Of a stretch of 64,000 nucleotides of DNA, positions 56,100-64,000 are shown piece after piece (position 1 is the stretch's first letter; each line of letters opens with the position of its first letter). This DNA comes from the human T2T-CHM13v2.0 reference genome, Homo sapiens. The DNA is taken from NCBI RefSeq assembly GCF_009914755.1, contig NC_060929.1. The stretch is one strand, 5' to 3'. The notes beneath the pieces are model-generated. The model was not told the DNA's origin, did no database searches, and was given only the letters and a program-made list of their open reading frames with translations. Made by a program: the position numbers and the translations under genes.

Positions 56100-56649
56100 T
56101 CAACTGGGAGAATCTTTTCATGATAACTGAGGTTCACAGAACACTTTCTGGGTGCTTGCTTGAATTCACAGATAAGACAATGAATGGCTCAGAAGGGTTG
56201 GAGGCCAGCCCAAGGTCACATAAGCAGGAAGGGGGCTAGATGTGAATCCAACTCCCCTGGACCCTGGGGCAGGACCCATGCTCTTGCATTACAGTGAAGT
56301 TCCAACTCTGTGCCTCCTTCCTTCCTCTTTGGAACTAAACCCCTGGGAGTCCCTGGCCTTTTGGATTCTGAAGCTTCTAAGGAAGGGATTTTGCCAGAGG
56401 TGCCCTGGCCTGGCACTTGTTGGTACCCTCAATTGCAAACTGAGTCCAGAAGCCTGGCAGCCAGAGTGTCTGTCCAGATAGGCATCTGGGCAGTGCCCAC
56501 AGATGGCCCCAGTGTGATGGGCAATGCGTTAGGCATACTTTCCTTGCTGACTGATGTCATGAGCTCATTAGAGCAACGGGGTTTATAGTACAAGGCAACT
56601 ATCCAGACAATAAATTAAGCTGCACAATTTAGCACTTAATTATCCTCTC

Positions 56650-57260
56650 TCTCATCTACTTCACTCTTGTTCCCGGGTGTCTGTCTGGGCCCTCCAGCTA
56701 GATGGTAAGATCTTCCCTCTGCCTCACGCCCCACAGTCAATCCATCATGCAGCCCCGTTGGGGCCATCTCGGGAACATCTCTCAAATACTTTCCCTTTTC
56801 CACATCCCCACAGCCTTGACCGCAGCCAGCTCTCACTCTCTCTCCCCACTGGATTATTGCCACCCTGGTCTCTCCCGCTTCAATTCCCCTCTCTGCTCCG
56901 CCCAAGTTACACAAGCATGGCTTCCCTTGGTCTGAAATCCAAAGTCCCAAAGGTCTTGGCATCCAAAGCCCTTCATGCCCAGGGTGTCTTGCCTGCCTTA
57001 CCAGCCTCCTCTTCCCAAACCCCCATGTTGGCTGCCCTCCCGCGCAGAATACTAGCTTGAAGATCTTCCCTTATTAGGATCAAAGCCAGCCTCCAGGCTA
57101 TTTCAATACACGAACTTCTGTATACTCAGTTTCCTCCACGTGGAATATCCCCCTCCCCACACTGACAGCCCTGCCACTCAATTTGCAAACTCATTCTCAT
57201 CCCAGCAGCCTGCTCTGGAATCTCCTCCTTCAGGAAGTCTAGGGGTATTTACTTGGCAAG
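56650..57260 (+). mobile_element. L2 fragment
   Basis: ctggattattgccaccctggtctctcccgc...catggcttcccttggtctgaaatccaaagtcc. Confidence 0.7.
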
Positions 57261-58419
57261 CCCTACAGCTGAATCTCTTCATTTCCCATCCCCTCAAAGC
57301 CCACCCCAGAGGACGCGCTTCCACAGGGATGCCCCAGATAATAAGATCAACAGGACTGTCTATCTGTGGAGGGCATGGATGGCTACAAAGCACTCTCCCA
57401 CCCTTGCACTTTGGAGTCCTTATTGTTAAATCCTCAGAATCAAACCACCAAGGATCCCTTTTACAAATCCTTTTATAGATGAGGAAACTGAGGTTCAGAT
57501 TACAGAGCCAGGTCCCCCTGCCCAACCCTGCCTACGTCTAAAGAGCAGGGACAGTGTTCTAGGGCTCAGGGAGAACAGGCAAGAGGACCCCATGGGGGCA
57601 CCATGATGGGGGGACGACCATGGAGGACAGGGATGGGGGACAGTCTGAAGCAGGGCTGTCTTTTAATCCAAAGGAGGCTTGGCTGGTCAAATCACAGCAC
57701 CTCCACCAGGCGTTCCCTTCTGCTCCTCCATTTTGCAGGTGGGTGAATGGAGGCTCAGAGAGAGGGAGGGAGGAGCAGAGGACAAGGTCACAGAGAAATA
57801 GGGACCAAGTTAGAGTCAGGTGTCCTGGCTCCCGGTCCAGCTGACCCAGTGGGCTGCAGGTCAGGGAAATCACGTGGTCGCTCCTTCTCTCTGTCCTCCC
57901 TTCCCCGAGGGCTTCCTCCATTTCCTGCGTGCCTCCTGGCAGCCAGGCCTCACCCTTGTTTTTAAAGACACAGAGGGCCCCTGTCTGATTTCCTCATTGT
58001 GCCTGGCACATAGTGGGTGCTGGGTAAACACTTTTTTTGAGTGGCTTAATTACTGAGTAAGTGAATGAGCACTGGAATTGTAAGATTCCCAGAAGGACCT
58101 AAAGCCCTTTATGGGCACAGGTCACAACCATCCTATGAGATCAGTGTCATCACACCCATCTTACAGATGAGGGCGCTGAGGCTCACGGAGGGAACAGAAT
58201 TCAACCAAAGCTCTATGGTTAGAAAGCAGTTCTCAGCCATCCTAGGAAATAAAACATTACACATGCTATATATATTTTAAAGCAAGGATGTTTTCCTTCT
58301 GGTGTCGAAACAGGAAAAGCTCCCTGAGAAGCCCATTGTAAATATCATCGCTTCTTCTCAGGCCTCTGTCAGCTTATGTTATTTTATTTATCAACATTCA
58401 GTAGCGTGTGGATTCAAGA

Positions 58420-58760
58420 ACACGTCCTCGAGTGGAACGCCAAAGAAGATGCCTGCTCTAGGGGCCAGAGCGCGCTCCGAGCAGGAAGCCCGGGGCGGGC
58501 CGTCATCCAGGCGCAGGGCTGGGTGGGCGTGGGCAGCCCTTCCCAGCGCCTCTGTCTGGGTGGAGCGGCAGGTTGGAGTTGCAGCGGCGTCTCCCTCATT
58601 TCCATAAGGGGGAGCCTGTGCGCAGGAGATCCCGTCCCAGCCCGCGCAGCCTCGCCATCCTGGGACCCGCTCCGTCAGGAGTGGCCATTCGGGTGGCACC
58701 AGCAGATGTCTACCCTCGAGGGGAGCCACAAGGTTCTGTGCAAACTCTGCCTTCCTCCGT
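58420..58760. promoter_or_regulatory. Small orphan CpG-island-like element
   Basis: Roughly two dozen CpGs in ~330 bp (hand count); GC box GGGGCGGGC 58492, ETS-like CAGGAAG 58482, EGR/KLF-like GGGTGGGCGTGGGC 58521. Confidence 0.55.
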
Positions 58761-59862
58761 TTATCCTCGTGTCCCCAAGGAAAATGAAGGGGACCACCCA
58801 AGGCCCCGTGTAGAAAGAACGTAGCTTTGGGGACAGACGGGACTGGGGCCCCCCTGGCTCCATCCAGGACTAGCTGCATGACCTTCAGCTGGTTACCTCC
58901 CCTAGTCCTCAGTTTATCTGTAAAACGGAGCAATACCAATTTTAGAAAGTAATGCAGAGCAGCGACAGACAGTGTCTGGGGCACAGTAAATTCTTTAAAA
59001 TAAAAGAAATATTAATTACCCTGGTGATTGTTGTCTGGATTATTCATGCAAGTCCTAATTGCCACCCCAACCTTCACAGAAATTTCTGCTCATCCAGGTC
59101 CCTGGCTGAGCCTTCAGGGTGATTTACTCAGGGGCTGTGGCCTCCCTGGGCCCAGATGTAGACAAACCCAGCAGAAAGGCATTTTGAGCTTGTGGTTGCA
59201 AATATAAAACCAGGTGCTTCTCTTAACAGAAATGATGACAGAGCAAAAGTACCAAAGACTATTTGAGAGAGAGAGACAGAGAGCGCTCATAGCTGAATTC
59301 CTACCCAGATTCAGCAACCAGTTTCTCTTTTTTTTTTTACACATCCCCACCCCTAGTCCACACACGTGTTTTGGGACTGTAATATACCAGGTGCTGTTTT
59401 ATTCCTGACGTGCTGTGGCCTTTGGTCTGAATCACTCCATCTCCTTTTGTTTGGTTCCTGCCAGAAAGCAAAGCACATATTTCACTGTCCCTTCCCCTGG
59501 GAGAACTTCTTTGCTGGCCTCCCTTTGCACACCTTCATGGAGCTGCGTTCGGGATAGAACGATGGCATGGCCACACAATCTGCTGCCCTTCGGCCACTTT
59601 CTTACACTTTTCTTTTTTTTCCCCAACATAGAAATAGCATATTCTCCCTGATTACTAAAGTAATACATGTGCATCATAAAACATTGGGCAGTTCAAAAGA
59701 CGAAAGTCACCCAGAGATAACCACCGCTAACATTGTGTCTTATCCTATCAGACTTTCGTGTGTCTGGTGCACACACAAACCTAGTTACAACAAGGAAATC
59801 TTACAGGATATGCTGTCGTGTATTCCGATTTTCTTTGTCTGCCTATGTGGTTTTCTTGATCA

Positions 59863-60180
<318 letters not shown>

Positions 60181-60249
60181 TCATTTAACCAAAATCTCGT
60201 ATTTTTGGACATTTAGGTTGTTTCCTTTTTCTTTTCTGTTCTTTTTGTT

Positions 60250-60615
60250 TTTTAAGCCTTTAGTTTGGAAATAAATATAAATTCATAGGAAGCTGCAAAG
60301 ATAATACAGACAATTCCTATGTACCCTTCATCTGGTTTTTCCCGATGGTGGCATCTTACATAACTCTAGTACAATGTCAAAGTCAGGATATTGACGTGAG
60401 TGCAGTCTGTGTGTATAGTTCTAGGTCATTTTATCCCATGTTGATGATCTGTGTAACCACCACCACAATCAAGACACAGAACTATTCCATCATCATCATG
60501 ATTTCCCTCGGGATACCCTGGAGGATCACACCCGCTCATCTCTCCTCTTCTTCCTAACCACTGGCAATCGCCAGCCTGTTCTCTAGCTCTATACTCTTGT
60601 CATTTTGAGAAATAT
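60250..60615 (-). mobile_element. L1M 3' UTR fragment, followed by (TA)n
   Basis: aaattcataggaagctgcaaagataatacaga...tgtaaccaccaccacaatcaagacacagaactattccatca. Confidence 0.8.
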
Positions 60616-60754
60616 ATTATATATATATATGTGTATATATATATATATAAAACGTTATGTATGTATGTATATTGATTTGATTTTTCGTGTGTGGCATGTG
60701 TGTAGGAGGTGAACGAGAGGAGAGTGGGAAGGGCAAAGTTTTCTCTGAATCATC

Positions 60755-61068
60755 CAAACTTGCCCAGCCTAGTGGCTGTTCAGCACTTGAAGTATGGCTA
60801 CTTCAAATGGAGATGTGCTGTAAGTATAAAATGCACACTGGATTTGAAATCCTTAAAAAAATTAGAAAGAAAGAAAACTCATTTGTCATGTTTTGTATCG
60901 ACTATACACTAAATTTATAATATGTGGATATATATTAAGTTAAGCAAAATATATAATAAAATTATTTTTACCAGTTTCTCTTTACTTTTCTAATGTAGCT
61001 ACTGGAAAATTAAAACTTATGTATGTGGCTTGCACTTGCGGTTCACACTGTGTTTCAGTTGGGCAGCA
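60755..61068 (-). mobile_element. MER33-like hAT element
   Basis: gtggctgttcagcacttgaagtatggcta...gagatgtgctgtaagtataaaatgcacactggattt...aatgtagctactggaaaatt. Confidence 0.85.
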
Positions 61069-61477
61069 AGGGCCCAAACCCTCCCTCCCACAGCCCTTTA
61101 GGATCCACGGTGGGCAGGGACAGTGTGGTGGCCAGAGCCAAGGCCTCAGCTCTCAGCCACCGCAAGACAGTCAGCTGGTCCCTGTGGTTCTGGTCTCAAC
61201 AGCCAGTACACAACCACAGACCCCACAGTGTGGTGGAAAAGAGCTTGAGGTCAGAGAGACCTTGGTTTCAATCCTAGCTCCTTTAGAGTGTTCTTGGATT
61301 TGAACTTTTATCCCCTTCCATTTCCTTATTCCTAAAATGGGGGAACTCACCCCATAACATTTATGGAGACTTTTTTTTATTCAACCAATTGTTACTGAAC
61401 CTACTACATGCTTTCGCAGCCTAGAAGGAGGCTCACGTGGCGCTCCAGCGCTCATTGGACCCTCTTTGCTGCCTCCA

Positions 61478-61751
61478 GAGACACTCTCTCGCCCAGGCAG
61501 GAGTGCAGTGGTGCAATCTCAGCTCACTGCAACCTCGGCCTCCGGGTTCAAGCAATTCTCCTGCCTCAGTCTCCTGAGTAGCTGGGATTACAGGCACCTG
61601 CCATCATGCCTGACTAATTTTTGTATTTTTGGTAGAGATGGGGTTTCATCATGTTGGTCAGGCAGGTCTCAAACTCCTGACCTCAAGTGATCTGGCCACC
61701 TCAGCCTCCCAAAGTGCCGGGATTACAGGTGTGAGCCACTGCACCAGGCCC
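61478..61751 (-). mobile_element. AluS lacking its poly(A) tail
   Basis: Reverse dimer from gagacactctctcgcccagg to ccactgcaccaggcc; no T-run in front. Confidence 0.93.
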
Positions 61752-61789
61752 TGCTCAGCACTTCTTATGAGCCCACTGGCTGCCTGTGC

Positions 61790-61990
61790 TGAGATTCACC
61801 TCCGCCATTCCTTTATGACTTTAGCTAAGCCAGTCCCTTCTCTGTTTCTCAATTTTCTCATCTATGGAATGGGGATGATAACATGACCCACCTCACAGGG
61901 TGGCTGTGAGGGTTAAATAAGATACATGGAAACATAATTCCTGGACTTTTGTAGGTGCGCAAACTGGTAGCCTCTGCTATTATTGTTATT
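61790..61990 (+). mobile_element. MIR
   Basis: ctcaattttctcatctatggaatggggatgataac...cctcacagggtggctgtgagggttaaata. Confidence 0.8.
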
Positions 61991-62429
61991 ATTAGTAGTA
62001 GTGTTATTTTCTTTGTTTTAGAATCCCAGTGATTTCAAGGGCACTCCCAGGAGAGACGACCTAGGAACACAGAGGAAAGATCTGGAAGGATTTGTCAGTC
62101 TGCATGTGATGAGATGAGACCTTGGGCCTTTGAGGAGTTTATGAAAAATTCTATTGTTCAAGTGACAAATATGTCCTGGACATCGTGTGGCTCGTGTCAA
62201 GAAGGGCCTCCTGCTCTTGGTCATGCTAAGAAGATGGGCTCTGTCTTCTCTAACTGAAAAGGGTTACTGCTGCTGGCTGCCAACCCAGGCTCCATCCTCC
62301 TGTTTCAGATGCTGTCGATGCCCCGCCCATTGCCTCACCTCCATCTGCAAACACCTGCAATTCTCTGCCTCAGGGATTTTTTCTATCTGTGGAAACTTGC
62401 TAGGTCTGAACTCAGGGCAACGTTAAAGT

Positions 62430-62710
62430 GCTGGTTAATGTACTGGAAGGAAGTATCCCTGAACTCAGGATAAACAGGGTGCTGTGGAGAAATACCTTAG
62501 CTTCCTGGCCCTAGTTCGGGTTACCTCCGAGGTGTGTTCCACATCATCTCCCAGGTTTCTCAGTGGCCTCAGCTGCAGTTACCCACAGTAGCAACTGGCC
62601 TGATGAAAGCTGTCTTTCCTCCTCTGTCCCACTTCCTCATTCTCCTGCTGGTGTTTCCAAATAAGGAAGTTCAAGTGTAAGTTCTGCTTCTAGAAGAACC
62701 CAACAAAGAT
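62430..62710 (+). mobile_element. LTR16-like fragment
   Basis: gcagttacccacagtagcaact...cacttcctcattctcctgctggtgtttcc...tctgcttctagaagaaccc. Confidence 0.65.
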
Positions 62711-62729
62711 ACTCTTTTTCTTCTTTTTT

Positions 62730-63220
62730 GCATAAGTTATTCCCCCTACTACAGAGCCATATGCTTTGGAAGAGGTTGACCCTTCTCCAATTCCAGGCTA
62801 TCCCTTGTACCTTGACAAATAATCACGTCAGGAATCATCAGATAACTTAAGTCTATCTAAGCAGAGGCAAGAGCATACCTGCTGCTAGACATAGTCTTCT
62901 CCCCTCTACCAGTGAGCTACTGGAAAAGGTACTTGGTCCTCTTCTGGACATTGCTATACTTGGATGTGATGCCTGGGACTTCTGGTGCCATCTTGTTTGG
63001 ATTTTTGGAATGAAGCCATCATTGCAGATGACAGAGCAGAGAGATGGAGAAACTCTGATGACAGCATTGAACTATGGGTCCAACCCACCCTGAAGCCACT
63101 GTGCCTCTGAAACTCTTACATGAGATCATAAATTTTAAGGAAATTTAAAGCCACCCTTGAATTTGAGACCAGGTTTTTATTACTTGTGTCTTTCTACTAA
63201 CAAAAGCATCTTAACTGCTA
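62730..63220 (+). mobile_element. MLT1J-like LTR
   Basis: ggatgtgatgcctggg...gccatcttg...gcagatgacagagcagagagatggagaaac...ccctgaagcc. Confidence 0.7.
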
Positions 63221-63509
63221 CCCCATGTATCTTTTCAGTTTGTCTTCATACAGCTCAGAGAGCTTGCAATTATTATTGACATCCCGAATTTGCAGATGGG
63301 GGTTGGATACAGATGAAAGCCCTCTCTAGGTGTGGGAGGTCTCTTTGTGGGTCCATGCAATAACTAATCTCTTGAGAAACTGCAGGTATTATTACAAATG
63401 GAAGGTCAAGTTCATGGGTGCTGTGGCAATTTCCTTTATAAAGTAAAAAACCCTTCCACAAAGTGACAGTCCATTTTCTAGTTTAGAAGTGAAATAATTA
63501 TTGAAGGTG

Positions 63510-63660
63510 CAGCATATGTACTGCTATTGTCCCTATTTCATAGCTGAGAACACTGAGGCTCAGAGAGGGCCAGTCACTTGCCCAAGGTCACACAGCTCAG
63601 TGGGTAGAACTGCCGGACCTTCAGCCCTGGGTCTGACCCCAGTGCTTTTACCTCCATTCC
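63510..63660 (-). mobile_element. MIR
   Basis: gagaacactgaggctcagagagggccagtcacttgcccaaggtcacacagct. Confidence 0.85.
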
Positions 63661-64000
63661 AACCGGCTCCCATGGCATCTGCCTTGGGCTTAAACAAAAG
63701 TTGTGAAAGTACTTTGTAGACAGTGAGGATGCTCACTTCTCAGTTACCTGGCTCTGCCCTCACCCTCAACCTAAATTTAGCAGGGGCCAGCAAGCAGACC
63801 TCAGTCCCCACCTCCACCCCAGTTTCTTTCCTTTCAGAGCCCAAATCCCTCATAGCTGTTTCCCAGAATGCTTGCTTCCTGTGTGTCCTCCCCCTATTAA
63901 AAAATCTCCTGTTGATTGAAAGATAAAACCTTTCTTTTCAGCTGGTTGCTTGTAACGTACTGTTTTCTATTGCTGGCTGGGCTCCTTCAATTAGTTAAGA

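Overview
Primate (very probably human) non-coding genomic DNA, intergenic or deep intronic. I cannot name the locus from sequence alone. It carries about 17 Alu copies or fragments (J, S and one young Y-type), many old MIR and L2 fragments, several L1M fragments, and solo LTRs (MLT1H/K/J/C-like, LTR16-like, MER31-like). DNA-transposon fossils include Hsmar2 with recognisable mariner transposase remnants, Tigger2a/MER28, Charlie1/MER33 and MER5. Microsatellites include (GGAA)11, a compound (AGAT)n and (TGGA)n arrays. No protein-coding gene or structural RNA gene is supported: the ORF track is explained by repeats, low complexity and chance. The signals most worth a second look are: (1) a near-perfect 34-bp-arm hairpin inside a MIR at 24463-24536, with a second palindrome abutting it; (2) a perfect 32-bp palindrome at 37862-37893; (3) three small CpG/GC-rich putative regulatory elements; (4) an LTR-borne CTCF-like motif; (5) an Hsmar2/Tigger2a fusion junction; (6) a few weak exon or smORF candidates. 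I found no convincing novel multi-component biological system. Repeat subfamily names come from recalled consensus features, not from a database search, and boundaries of old repeats are approximate.
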